64,000 nucleotides of DNA, from positions 3,162,001 through 3,226,000 of the forward strand of contig NC_027218.1 of assembly GCF_000981445.1 (NCBI RefSeq), written 5' to 3'. Positions 1 through 10,504 of the stretch are shown one piece after another (position 1 is the first letter of the stretch; every line of letters begins with the position of its first letter). Below the pieces are notes generated by a model, which did no database searches, was not told where the DNA came from, and was given only the letters and a program-made list of their open reading frames with translations. The DNA comes from Babesia bigemina (Eukaryota). Both the position numbers and the translations under genes were made by a program.

Positions 1-49
1 TTTCGGTGTAACCTTCACCGCCACTGTGATCTCATGTATACCCATTACA

Positions 50-530
50 ATGACTTAGTGAGTGACTAACCACCTGACCTAAGCGATGACCTAGTGAGTG
101 AGCTAGTGACTGACCTAGTGAGTTACCTAAACGCTGACCTAAACCCTGACCTAGGCGCTGACCTAAACCCTGACCTAGTGAGTGACCTAAACGCTGACCT
201 AGTGAGTGAACTAAACGCTGACCTAGGCGCTGACCTAAACCCTGACCTAGTGAGTGACCTAAACGCTGACCTAGTGAGTGAACTAAACGCTGACCTAGGC
301 GCTGACCTAAACCCTGACCTAGTGAGTGACCTAAACGCTGACCTAGTGAGTGACCTAGTGGGTGACCCAGGCGTAGACCTAGTGCGTGACCTAAACCCTG
401 ACCCAGTGAGTGACCTAAGCGTCGACTTAGTGCGTGACCTACGCTTTGACCTAGTGACTGACCTACGCGTTGACCTAGTGACTGACCTACGCGTTGACCT
501 AGGAGCTGACATATTGCCTCACCTAAGGTT
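50..530 (+). repeat. Telomere-associated 12-bp satellite (TGACCT-AAACCC/AGGCGC/AGTGAG/AAACGC) with a 72-bp higher-order repeat
   Basis: TGACCT recurs every 12 bp. CTAAACCCTGA resembles the C-rich apicomplexan telomere heptamers CCCTAAA/CCCTGAA. A 72-bp unit repeats at 147, 219 and 291 (last copy partial), and the array degenerates inward. Confidence 0.9.
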
Positions 531-923
531 TAACCAAATGTCTGTCTTTACTGCTCAATCTACACCTACAATCCCTACTGTTAATACCACATTGCTACCA
601 CTCTCCACTCTCTCACTCCAGCATGGCTGCCTTGAGGCCTTCTCTCCTCAGGTGAGTGGTATGTCTATAGGATTCGTGTGATGGTTCGCAAATTTAGCAA
701 TATGGTTTAGGTGTGTCATTGTCTTAGTATGATGCGTATTGTAGTCACTCTGCGTCTTACTTCATAGCCCTTTCAATCAGCCCACTTAGTTGTCTGCCCT
801 GCTGTATTAAGCGGCGTCACCTTAGAGGTGTGATGACTCTTGTGTTTCCCAGTTCACATAGTCCTGGAGGCTGGCAGTGGTGATTTGTAGGAGTGAATTA
901 GTGGGTGATTGGAAGAGGACAAA

Positions 924-3900
924 ATGGCGGTGAAGGGTAACGTTCCTGAGTTCAAGACTCTTAAAGAGTGCTTGGAATTCTTGGAGTGGTTGAGGAAGAA
1001 TAATGATATGAAAGGCCGGGTGTCCAATCGACTAATTAGGCTTCTTAAAGATAGATATAAGGAAGCAAAACAAGGTGACATTGAACACGCACTTTCGCAA
1101 TTTCTCAACATAGTTAATACGTTTCACGCGAAATTATGTAAAAAGGCAGAGCCAGCGAAATATAAGCGTATTAACGCCGTAGAAGCCCTAGAAGCTCTGA
1201 TCCAGTGCATTCCCAAATTTCTCTCCGTAATGTACTTCTTGCAATATCAGGTTGATAGGAGGTTCAGTGCAGTGGGAGGAGGGAAGTGGGCGAACCTACA
1301 GGTTGGGATGCTTGACCTGTACGCTAGGATTGTTAGACAGCCGGATCAACTTATGCAACATGCTACTGCTATCGAGAAGTACTTCGTTACGCGAAACGGC
1401 AGTGAGTACGGTGTTATTCCTGGAGGATTCTATCCAGGCGATCTGAAGCCAATTAGTCAAGGTGGCTATTCCGAAGGTCATCTTATGGTAAATGACCTTG
1501 GAACGCTTTTAGACAAGCATTCCAATCCCAACAATCTGTTCCGAGATGTCTTCGTCACGTCGGTAGTGTCGAAGAATTCCTCCGTTGAGACATCGAACGT
1601 AGCCAACGCTATCCGCTTGGTGGAAGACTTCTGTGGGATATTTAGAGATGTCAAAGATGAGCAAGATTTTAAAAACAATCTGCAATCGAGGAATAATTGT
1701 ATTTCTTGGTTAGAATTAAAAGACCATTGCATAAAACTAAAAGGACCTCTCGAAAAAATTTTCAAAAACGACCGATTTTCTTTCACCGGATATGCGCGAA
1801 TATATAAATACCTTAACAAAGAGAAAATTGCTACGAAGATGGCAAAGTGGCTGAAAAATAATTTAGAGGCGTTGAGAAGAACATTGGCGGGAATTAGGCC
1901 GGAGCAGAACGTCAATAAGTTTGCCATCACATATCTATTCCCCTACGGATTCACATTTAATGGTTACAATTTTGGAACTCGGACTAATTCGTATAAAGCT
2001 CGGAAATCGGATTGGGACAGTGCAATCGAAGAACTTAAAAAAAATAATGAGGGCTTGCATGAGTTGAAGAGAATTTTGGATGGTACGATTTGTCAAGTAA
2101 GACAAGAAAACGACCATGAGCCGGAGTCCGATGATGAGCCGGTGCCTGAGGATTTAGAATATGTAGAAGCAGAAGATGATGATAAGCCTCTTCCCGCCAA
2201 AACCGAGGCCGCAAAGCCCGTAGTCACCAAAGTCGAGGCTACAAAGCCGGCTGATACTAGATCTCAGAGTGCTGAATATGGCCATGACCAAGATCTGGGC
2301 AAGAAATCTGAGGGTGCACAGAACCAGGGCAAGAAAGCGGAGGGAGCACAGAACCAGGGCAAGAAAGCTGAGGGAGCACAGAACCAGGGCAAGAAAGCTG
2401 AGGGAACGACAAATCAACCGGGTGGTCAAAGTGACGGAAATGGTTCAAGTGCAGGCACTCCTTCACCTGGTGACCCTGTTACCAGTAGTGGTCAGGATCT
2501 GGGTGGTCAGGGGTATGCTTCTGGCGCTGGTCAAACAAGGGGGCCAGACGATCTGAGTGATTCAGCTACTGCCAGTACAAAGGGACCCTCCGCTGCTGGT
2601 CCCAGTCAAGGTGGCGGTGGCAGTGAAGGGGATGAGGGGCACAGCAGAAGTTCTCTTGCCCAGGAAAGACACAAAGAAATCGAAGCGAAGTTTAGGCAAC
2701 AAAATGCTCGGAGAAACAACAAAGCTGCGGAAACTGACCAATGGTTAAGAGAAGCATTTGATGCTGTCGAGAAAAGAAAGGCTGAGCAACAAAAAAGACT
2801 GAATGCCCAACGTGAACTTCAAAAGTGGAAAACACTGCAGTATTATGATCCGAAAGAATCGACTAGGCCTCCACACTCTGCCATACACGACGTTCCAGTT
2901 GCTCTCGATGGTGATAGCCTTTCCAACGAATCCAATGACCCTGGGATTTCGTGGGAGCGGGCGCATAAGGATGCTTGGAAGTTGCCGGCAGAATTGCTAA
3001 AGGCAATAGAGAAACGAGAGAAAGAGAAATTCAGAACCAATCTTCAAGAGGCTAAGCGGGCTGTATTTCAGCAGCAAAACGACAACTGGATTGCTCGGGA
3101 GTTTCATGGGGATGATATAGGTGAAGTCGTGAGTCTGCCACCCGAGGTAGAAGTATATAGGCCGACCACACAGCAACATGCTGAAAGAAATGCACCATCA
3201 TTAATAAATTTAGTTGTTGACACTCCTGATATGAAGGATGTAGTGGACCACCAAATGTGGCCTCAAACAGCTATCCAAGACGATTTTGACATACGATCGA
3301 GCCGTAAAAGTGCATTCCCAACTGAGATTACGGAACCTATTCCGGGCGCGCAAATTGGAATGGATCCTATCTTAGATCCGCCTGACGTTTTAGTATCTCA
3401 TCCACCAAAGGTTAATAAGACTAATATGGTTGCCGAAGACCTATTCAGCGCCGTCTCAAGATCGTTATCTATTGACGTCCCCAAACGCCCATTCCAGGAT
3501 CGACTACATGACGTGGAGTTAGATGATACTGATGCCAACATGGCAGATGTACTGAGAAACGAAATTAAGCATCCAGATGCTTGGTATGGATACGACAAAG
3601 GCTTTTCTGCTCTGCCTAAGAGTAATTTCGATCTTGGGTTGACTTCACCATTGTTAACTCCCGACGGAAATGGTACTGGACTTTCGCATGATCCTTCAGA
3701 TGGCGTGTCTGCTTCAGGCTCTGACCAACAACGTAGTTCAGGCTCCGCTGGTTCCACATCCACATCTAAGGCTTCTGGTTTAGGCGTTGGTGAAGGTGGA
3801 CGGGTTGGTGAGGGTGATGAAAATGGTCGGCATCATGTTAAGACTATGGCAATTATTCCGCCAGAGAAAATTTGTGTTCAGCCAACTCTTGAGAATCTTT

Positions 3901-5969
3901 GGAAGCTTAGCGGCAAGGATGGTATACAATTCTGTGATCCAATAAATAAACTGCCGCCTCGTACTCAAGTGTTTAACCGGAGGCCTCCCGATGAAATATG
4001 GAGTGAGCATATACAAAAAGAGGAAAAGAAGCAGCAAATGGCCGAGGATCAATATAAAGCGCATGGTTCAACTCTAATACTAGATGGTTCCCAGCCTACG
4101 GACGACGTTGATGCGCATCAGGAGCCATGGTGGTATTCTGATCCGGCATACTCCGAAATTAACGGTAAGACAGTTGATGATGATATCCAAGAGCAATTGA
4201 AAAATGAGCAGGAAGCCGAGAAGCTGTATTGGGAAACCAAACAGAAAATGTTGGGCGATCACATTGACCAACGAAATAGACTGAGAGAACGTCAGAAGCA
4301 AGATACTCTCGAAATTGAAGAATATAGGATTCATGAGGAGAACAAGGTGAATCAAGTATTGCAAAATATCCAAAAAGAGGCAGAGGAGAATGAATCCATA
4401 GCAAAAGGTTTAGACGGTCAACCGGTTGTTGCCCTAGATGGGCAAGAAGAGCCACATTACGATTATGCGAAGATAAAGAATGATGTAGATATTCATTCTG
4501 CGCATCAGATACTTCAACATGATTATGATCAGCGGCAACTTAAGCTCCAAACGCTGCATGAAGAATCAATGAAGACCATTGCAGAGCAAAAAGAGATTGA
4601 GGATGCTGCGAAAGTTGAAGCGGAACGCATCCATGCTTTCAATTCTTCGAAGTTTGGCATTTCTCGAGCCCCTACACCCCGTGTCAAAGACCCCGAAATC
4701 GATTTTTCCATCCAAACCTTTCATTACGAAGATCGCACTATTAACGACGTGGACCTAGATGACCCTTATGCCAACACAGCTGATATCCTTGAAGACGAGT
4801 TAAAACCTGCAGAGGACAAAGGCTTCTCAGGCCTGCCTAACACTAATTTCGATCTGAACTTTGCGCCTGAACGTATCGGACTTGAAGGCTATGAAGATCC
4901 CGGGATGCCGCGTGACTCTCCAAGGAAGGCAGATGAACGTGTAATAAACCCATTTAGCACAGATGAATGCCTGAACCCCTGGTCCGTTTCCACTTCCACT
5001 TCCTCCACCGATACCGTTCAACCACCTACCTCCCCTCCCCCAGCTACCGACCATCTGCCCCCGCCCAAAACCGTCCGGGAAATGCTCCACTGGTTTGTGG
5101 GATTGAATACACAAGGGTATATCGGATTGATTAGTGAGCATGTCAAGAGCATTTTACAGGACATTAACAAAGATGCCTCCGAGTTCTCAGATGCGTTGGA
5201 GGTCACCGGGGATCCCGACCAGTTGACCGCCTCCATGGTCACCGCCAAACTGACCGAGGCGTGCCTCTACTCAGCCACCGTTATCTACAAAATTAGGCAT
5301 AACAATGATTTCAAAGCGTTTTCAACCTTCGACTTCAAAAAAGAATATAGTCAGCTTCATTATGCTGCTGACCCCGCATGCCTCCTCTGCCAGCTACGTG
5401 ACTACATCTACGCCTGCCACCACCAGTTGATGTTCCTCAAGGCGCAGTGTAATCGAGGAAAGTCTCATGGTGGTTGGCAAAATTGTAAGTACGGCAGTGA
5501 CACCAAGACGCCATCCCCCCTCCAGTCGTTCCTGACTGACGGCTGGGACTCCGACTTCGAGACGCACCCCTTCGACCCGTGCAACCTGTGCCGCAAGAGC
5601 CGCGTAAGAATGGGATTCAGGAAGGATGATTTACCTGAGATATCGCAACAGGGCAGTGTCATTTCCTCCATCCTCACTCCCAGCTGCGGCGGCAGTGACC
5701 CCTTGCTGACATTGGCCTCCTACCTCAACTGCCTCACCAGGCGGACGCCGCGCACCACCGGGGAGCTTGTATCGTACTTTCATCATTTCGGCATCGAGTT
5801 GCACGGGTATGTGTCAGCGCTGTCTTTACTTGGCACCGCCATAACCAAGTCATATGACCTAATGTCTAATCTACTACATATCATAGTTGACGGGGTAATA
5901 CGCTCGACACTCGGGATTTCGAGATGTGAGTTACAAACGAAATGTGCCCATGCCCTCTCATGTTGTTAG
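924..5969 (+). CDS. Large ves (variant erythrocyte surface antigen)-related protein; C-terminus appears truncated
   Basis: Single long ORF, ATG at 924 in aaaATG context. N-terminal LKECLEFLEWL; C-terminal Cys-rich ves-type block (PKTVREMLHW, SPLQSFLTD, CRKSRVRMGF, TPRTTGELVSYF); subtelomeric position. Confidence 0.8.
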   Translation: MAVKGNVPEFKTLKECLEFLEWLRKNNDMKGRVSNRLIRLLKDRYKEAKQGDIEHALSQFLNIVNTFHAKLCKKAEPAKYKRINAVEALEALIQCIPKFLSVMYFLQYQVDRRFSAVGGGKWANLQVGMLDLYARIVRQPDQLMQHATAIEKYFVTRNGSEYGVIPGGFYPGDLKPISQGGYSEGHLMVNDLGTLLDKHSNPNNLFRDVFVTSVVSKNSSVETSNVANAIRLVEDFCGIFRDVKDEQDFKNNLQSRNNCISWLELKDHCIKLKGPLEKIFKNDRFSFTGYARIYKYLNKEKIATKMAKWLKNNLEALRRTLAGIRPEQNVNKFAITYLFPYGFTFNGYNFGTRTNSYKARKSDWDSAIEELKKNNEGLHELKRILDGTICQVRQENDHEPESDDEPVPEDLEYVEAEDDDKPLPAKTEAAKPVVTKVEATKPADTRSQSAEYGHDQDLGKKSEGAQNQGKKAEGAQNQGKKAEGAQNQGKKAEGTTNQPGGQSDGNGSSAGTPSPGDPVTSSGQDLGGQGYASGAGQTRGPDDLSDSATASTKGPSAAGPSQGGGGSEGDEGHSRSSLAQERHKEIEAKFRQQNARRNNKAAETDQWLREAFDAVEKRKAEQQKRLNAQRELQKWKTLQYYDPKESTRPPHSAIHDVPVALDGDSLSNESNDPGISWERAHKDAWKLPAELLKAIEKREKEKFRTNLQEAKRAVFQQQNDNWIAREFHGDDIGEVVSLPPEVEVYRPTTQQHAERNAPSLINLVVDTPDMKDVVDHQMWPQTAIQDDFDIRSSRKSAFPTEITEPIPGAQIGMDPILDPPDVLVSHPPKVNKTNMVAEDLFSAVSRSLSIDVPKRPFQDRLHDVELDDTDANMADVLRNEIKHPDAWYGYDKGFSALPKSNFDLGLTSPLLTPDGNGTGLSHDPSDGVSASGSDQQRSSGSAGSTSTSKASGLGVGEGGRVGEGDENGRHHVKTMAIIPPEKICVQPTLENLWKLSGKDGIQFCDPINKLPPRTQVFNRRPPDEIWSEHIQKEEKKQQMAEDQYKAHGSTLILDGSQPTDDVDAHQEPWWYSDPAYSEINGKTVDDDIQEQLKNEQEAEKLYWETKQKMLGDHIDQRNRLRERQKQDTLEIEEYRIHEENKVNQVLQNIQKEAEENESIAKGLDGQPVVALDGQEEPHYDYAKIKNDVDIHSAHQILQHDYDQRQLKLQTLHEESMKTIAEQKEIEDAAKVEAERIHAFNSSKFGISRAPTPRVKDPEIDFSIQTFHYEDRTINDVDLDDPYANTADILEDELKPAEDKGFSGLPNTNFDLNFAPERIGLEGYEDPGMPRDSPRKADERVINPFSTDECLNPWSVSTSTSSTDTVQPPTSPPPATDHLPPPKTVREMLHWFVGLNTQGYIGLISEHVKSILQDINKDASEFSDALEVTGDPDQLTASMVTAKLTEACLYSATVIYKIRHNNDFKAFSTFDFKKEYSQLHYAADPACLLCQLRDYIYACHHQLMFLKAQCNRGKSHGGWQNCKYGSDTKTPSPLQSFLTDGWDSDFETHPFDPCNLCRKSRVRMGFRKDDLPEISQQGSVISSILTPSCGGSDPLLTLASYLNCLTRRTPRTTGELVSYFHHFGIELHGYVSALSLLGTAITKSYDLMSNLLHIIVDGVIRSTLGISRCELQTKCAHALSCC
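2298..2417 (+). repeat. 30-bp coding tandem repeat, about 4 copies, encoding NQGKKAEGAQ decapeptides
   Basis: AAGAAA(TCT/GCG/GCT)GAGGG(T/A)GCACAGAACCAGGGC at 2301, 2331 and 2361, partial at 2391. Confidence 0.95.
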
Positions 5970-6542
5970 TAAAAAGCAATGCTGGGTGGGTGGCCATACA
6001 CCTCAGTAGCTGACGATTGCCATTTAAGATGAAGTTGTGGGTCATCCATCAGGTAGACTAATGTCACACAGTAATTTTGTGTTTGGATAAACGATCTGTG
6101 GAGGCGTGTATATAAGCGAGATAATGGGCTGTGCCTTCACATCGACGTGAACACAGGGAGCTGCGGGCTCTGTAATATACTATACGCGGCCCAAGGTGAC
6201 CCTTCAAAACTGGATTTTGAGCTAAACACTGTACTAAGACGCATGGATTAGACACGTTTGACTTGCATTTTAATGTTAAATAGCCAATAGTATGCGCCGT
6301 GTATACTGCATGTCTGGTTAATGGTATGAACTTTGCTGCGACAGGGAGAACGTGTCATCATAGCACCCAGATAATACGCACATATAGCGCATCCAAGAGT
6401 AGACAAATATCAATAAATGCGCATTTATTAGGTGTGGACACCTCCTGTGCTATGCCGGGATTGAGAGCCGTTTGAAGGCTCGACATAATAAGACCAAACA
6501 TTTTATAGACCAACAGCAGTCGACTAAAAGCATCATAACAAA

Positions 6543-7259
6543 ATGGTGTACAATTCTCTGGCTGATAACCCTTGGAACCTCAAGGAAGCCATTGACTGGT
6601 TGGTGGCCTTGAAAGGAACGGATCCTTCGACAAACTTCAAGGCAATGGGCGCGGCGCTTTACGATTTCCTCGGACAAAAGCCGATTGTTACTAGAAGTGT
6701 GACAACCATAGAAGAACTTAAACGCGTTTCTTACAGGTTCATCGGGCAAAAGGAGCTTAAGCACCATCGATCCTCAAGCGTAATGCTGGAGAGGTGCAAT
6801 GGCTCTGTCGAGAAAAACACCGGCGAGTTCGCTGACGCCATGGGATCCAAGCCCGAAAAGGTCGCAGACAACGTAGCTAACGTCGTCTATGCTTGTGAGA
6901 AGTTTTTGTATGCATTAAGGCGTCACGGGGAGCATACGTCTGCTTACAGTTCAGAAGCAACGTGGGCTAGGTCCTGTTCGAACGATCCGGAAGCTTGCGC
7001 GAAGATCTTCGTGGGAATCGCACCTATGTTGTACACACGCCTGCTCACTCTGACGGATGCAAGCAAAGCCACTAACAGCGTATGGTCATGGTTTGAAGAG
7101 AGGCAGCGTGTGGTAGATGTATTGGCCGCCGGGGGTTACACAAAATGGGACTGCCGCCATGACATGTCTTTCTTCGATTTATCCAAGGTGTTGAGCAGTA
7201 TTAAAAAAGAAACCTTCATCATGCTTTACAACATCGCTGGAGTATTGGCTTTCTATTGA
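6543..7259 (+). CDS. Short ves-like family protein (238 aa)
   Basis: N-terminal MVYNSL..PWNLKEAIDWL resembles the VESA1 N-terminal motif. PEACAKIFVGIAPMLY and the terminal LAFY are shared with the paralog at 31343. Confidence 0.8.
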   Translation: MVYNSLADNPWNLKEAIDWLVALKGTDPSTNFKAMGAALYDFLGQKPIVTRSVTTIEELKRVSYRFIGQKELKHHRSSSVMLERCNGSVEKNTGEFADAMGSKPEKVADNVANVVYACEKFLYALRRHGEHTSAYSSEATWARSCSNDPEACAKIFVGIAPMLYTRLLTLTDASKATNSVWSWFEERQRVVDVLAAGGYTKWDCRHDMSFFDLSKVLSSIKKETFIMLYNIAGVLAFY

Positions 7260-8593
7260 TTGGGTGTTGCTGATGGGCTGTTAAATTACTCCGACAAACA
7301 TCATCTATGCGTCGGTGTCCTCTGTCAGTCAGCGTCATACAAATTCTCACAAAACGCTGCTAGTTTATGAAATGTTATTTATACCGTGTTTATGTATACA
7401 CGTTTAATACACAATACTGCAGTCATGAGGGCAAACACACTTCTCAATGTCTCTGCATTCGAATTCACCGAGCAATTTATCGCATTTTCCCGAATGCACG
7501 GTCTCTCATTTTAGTACACTCGATATTGTGTGGGTACTTGCGTTTGATTTACGGTTTCAACTGTTTCGGACCTTATGGATAAGAGCAGTGCTGCTTTGCG
7601 GCTCTCAGCTCCACAGCCTGTACTCAAATGCAGAACACCTGCTGAGTGCAACGCTTATGAACGTTTTAATTGTATAACTAAACGCAACTGTAGACCGTAG
7701 CACGTATACTGAATATTTCCGCTATCCTTTCGCCGCAATCGCAAATGCACAGGTGATGTTCGTCGGCGTGGAGTACGCATTTTGGACACAAAGAGCTGAA
7801 TTGCTATGCCCTATGCATTGGCGGTAGACCGCACTCCCTGGAAAGAAAGGTCTGCCGGATTCGTCTCCTTCACCCTTGGCCGACGAGGGGAAATGGTGGA
7901 ATTCGCAATGTGATGATCCAATATTTTCATATACTGGACCATGCTTGCCGACAAATACCATCTGATGATGATTAAAACATAAGCTGCATTTTCAAGGTCG
8001 CCCAAAAGTTCCGGCCGATTCACAAATAATCTTCTAGGTGGATAGATTTCCGAGAGGATGGGTATTGACCGCTACCCCGCTTTTTCACCCAAGGGAGATC
8101 TTGTAGCGTGACATAGCTGACGTATAAATTTAACATATCAGAACATGTGTCAATGTAGTGGCACCCATCATCAACCCATGTATACACCGAAGCGTTTTGG
8201 AACACGTACAAGTGATCAACGTATTCCAAGCCTCCACAAACCTTCACTGTACGACCTAGTATACCCTAATTCAGTTCAGATATTGCCCGTATTCACACAA
8301 CAACGTATTTATTGTTTTTGGTGCTGCGTAGAACATAACACATTTGGTCACAAGTAACGTCTCACAAGACTATCGGCGTCGAATAGGTGAATCGACGGTT
8401 CACGTTTTTCACCAGCTCGAGTACGACCTTACTACATTATATTGCAGTATGAATGGCGCTTCAAATCCATTGACAAATACGGTGACGAGACCTCAGTGAT
8501 TTTTCAACTTCCCTCCTGAAACATCAATGAAGATAAATAACAGGCATACTCAGACGATTATAGATATAACTAGATTATGCGAGAGTTCCGATA

Positions 8594-9367
8594 TCACGTG
8601 GAAATCGCGGAGTCGGTCGATTTTGCAGCCGCCTCCTCAGCTAACTTGGACAGTATTTTGGCGACGCGGTCCTCACTGACCATCTCCACAGTGGGTTCTG
8701 AGTCGCCAGATGGCCCCTTCCAGAGTATGCCGACCTCGATTTTATCGGCCTTGTGTACAGTGGAATCCATTGCCTTTGTTAGCACCTTGATTGCCAAATA
8801 GAGCGCGTCGTCCATGCTGAGTCCCTCCTTCCACTCCTGGCGCAGCAGTGTTTGAGCCGGCTGGCTGTTGCGGCCAATGGCCGTCGCCTTCCAGCCAGCG
8901 TAGTTGCCCGAGGGGTCCGTGTGGTATAGCTGGAAGCCCATATGAGAATCCCATCCCGCGAAGAGGAAGCTGACTCCGAACGGCCTGAGTCCACCGTATT
9001 GCGTGTAGCTTTGCTTGAGGTCACAGATTTCAACGACGTGCTGTTCGACATTCTGCGCCTCTCCGAATCTATAGCGGTGTCTCTGCGCATATAACTTGCA
9101 CACGTTGATGAGCACGGTGGCGTCTGCCGTCAGACCGGCAACGGCGCAGAACATGTGCGTGTCCAGCTTGTAGAGTTTTTCATTAATCTTCCCTGGGTCC
9201 AGCAGCTGCGTGGTTAGCGGCTTGTCCGCGACGAGCACGACACCTTGATCGCAGAGCACGCCAACGGTTAGGTTTGCGTTGTTGATCGCTTCGAGAGCGT
9301 ACTCGACCTGGTAGAGGCGCCCCTCCTGGGAGAAGGTTGTGGTCTTGGAATCGTAACGTCTCGACAT
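8594..9367 (-). CDS. PSMA4: 20S proteasome subunit alpha-3 (alpha type-4)
   Basis: [57 protein letters not shown]; no introns seen. Confidence 0.95.
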   Translation of the reverse strand: MSRRYDSKTTTFSQEGRLYQVEYALEAINNANLTVGVLCDQGVVLVADKPLTTQLLDPGKINEKLYKLDTHMFCAVAGLTADATVLINVCKLYAQRHRYRFGEAQNVEQHVVEICDLKQSYTQYGGLRPFGVSFLFAGWDSHMGFQLYHTDPSGNYAGWKATAIGRNSQPAQTLLRQEWKEGLSMDDALYLAIKVLTKAMDSTVHKADKIEVGILWKGPSGDSEPTVEMVSEDRVAKILSKLAEEAAAKSTDSAIST

Positions 9368-9642
9368 TGTGGGTTTGTCCGGTGATTGAACTTGTCCAAA
9401 ACTCGGATATCCGTGCGGCCGACGGACGATATGGAGTCCAATCACGGATGGAGCAGAAGCCAGACAGGCTAATATTCAGCGGCGCGGGATTCGAGCGCCC
9501 TGTTGCGATATACGACACCCTGCACGCTCTATTTTTGTGTTACGGCGTGATGTGCACGCTAACTTTTAAAGGTTATGGAGCGCGGCGATGCCCCCTACGC
9601 GCAACCGCGACGCGCCTGGTCATATTGTTTCCGCGCCGCAAG

Positions 9643-10504
9643 ATGAGCTACGACCGTGCCATCACCGTTTTCAGCCCTGACGGGCACCTGATGCAGGTGG
9701 AGTATGCGATGGAGACCGTCAAAAAGGGTGGTTGCGTGGTCGGCGTGAAGGGTGTCGACAGCGTGGTCCTGGCCGCGGAGCGCAAGATGACGACGAAGTT
9801 GCAGATTTCTAAGTAGGTAGACACGCCATTCCTGCTAACACACACCGGCAGGAGCGCTAAGAAGATTTTCCAACTCGATGGGCGCCTCGCCACCGCTTTC
9901 GCCGGTCTCAATGCCGACGCACGAGTTCTGATCAACAAGGTAGGTGCCAACCACGCGTGTGTCAACAGCCTTGCAGACCAGGCTAGAATGCCAGCGTTAC
10001 CGGATGAACACCAACCAGCCGGCGTCAGTTGGCTACATCTCCAAGTTTATCGCACGGCTACAGCAGGTGCGTCTAATGGTGTAGCGTGCCCATTCATCTG
10101 CCTGCAGAAGTACACACACCGCGGTGGAGTGCGTCTATTTGGTGTAGCGCTGCTTCTCATTGGTTACGACGCCGATGGAAAGCCGGGTCTCTTCCAGACC
10201 GACCCTTCTGGAATCCACTCCTCATGGAAGGCACAGTCAATCGGCCGCTCCTCCACGGTACGTGTGTGTGACGGCGTTTCACAGCGTGCAGAGCGCTCAA
10301 GAGTTTCTTGAGAAGAACTACACCGAGGACCTGGACGCCAAACAGACGGTCACGCTGTCGATAAAGGCGCTGGCCGAGGTTATGGAAGTATCGGCAAACA
10401 ACATCGAAGTGGCCGTATTGAGCCCCGATGGCCTTCGCATACTCGATGAGCAGGAGATCAAGGATTTGCTGCAGCGCATCGAGGAGGAGAAGGAGCCCAA
10501 ATGA
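9643..10504 (+). CDS. PSMA7: 20S proteasome subunit alpha-4 (alpha type-7), 5 exons
   Basis: [43 protein letters not shown] introns at about 9813-9851, 9940-9976, 10067-10107 and 10258-10291. Confidence 0.93.

Noticed and set aside
94..681. 195-aa ORF (and antisense 123-512) in the satellite
   Set aside because: The 12-bp period keeps the frames open; GTG start; repeat artefact.
7811..8023. NPADL peptide resembling a retroelement RNase H end
   Set aside because: Short motif only; no RT, integrase or LTR evidence nearby.
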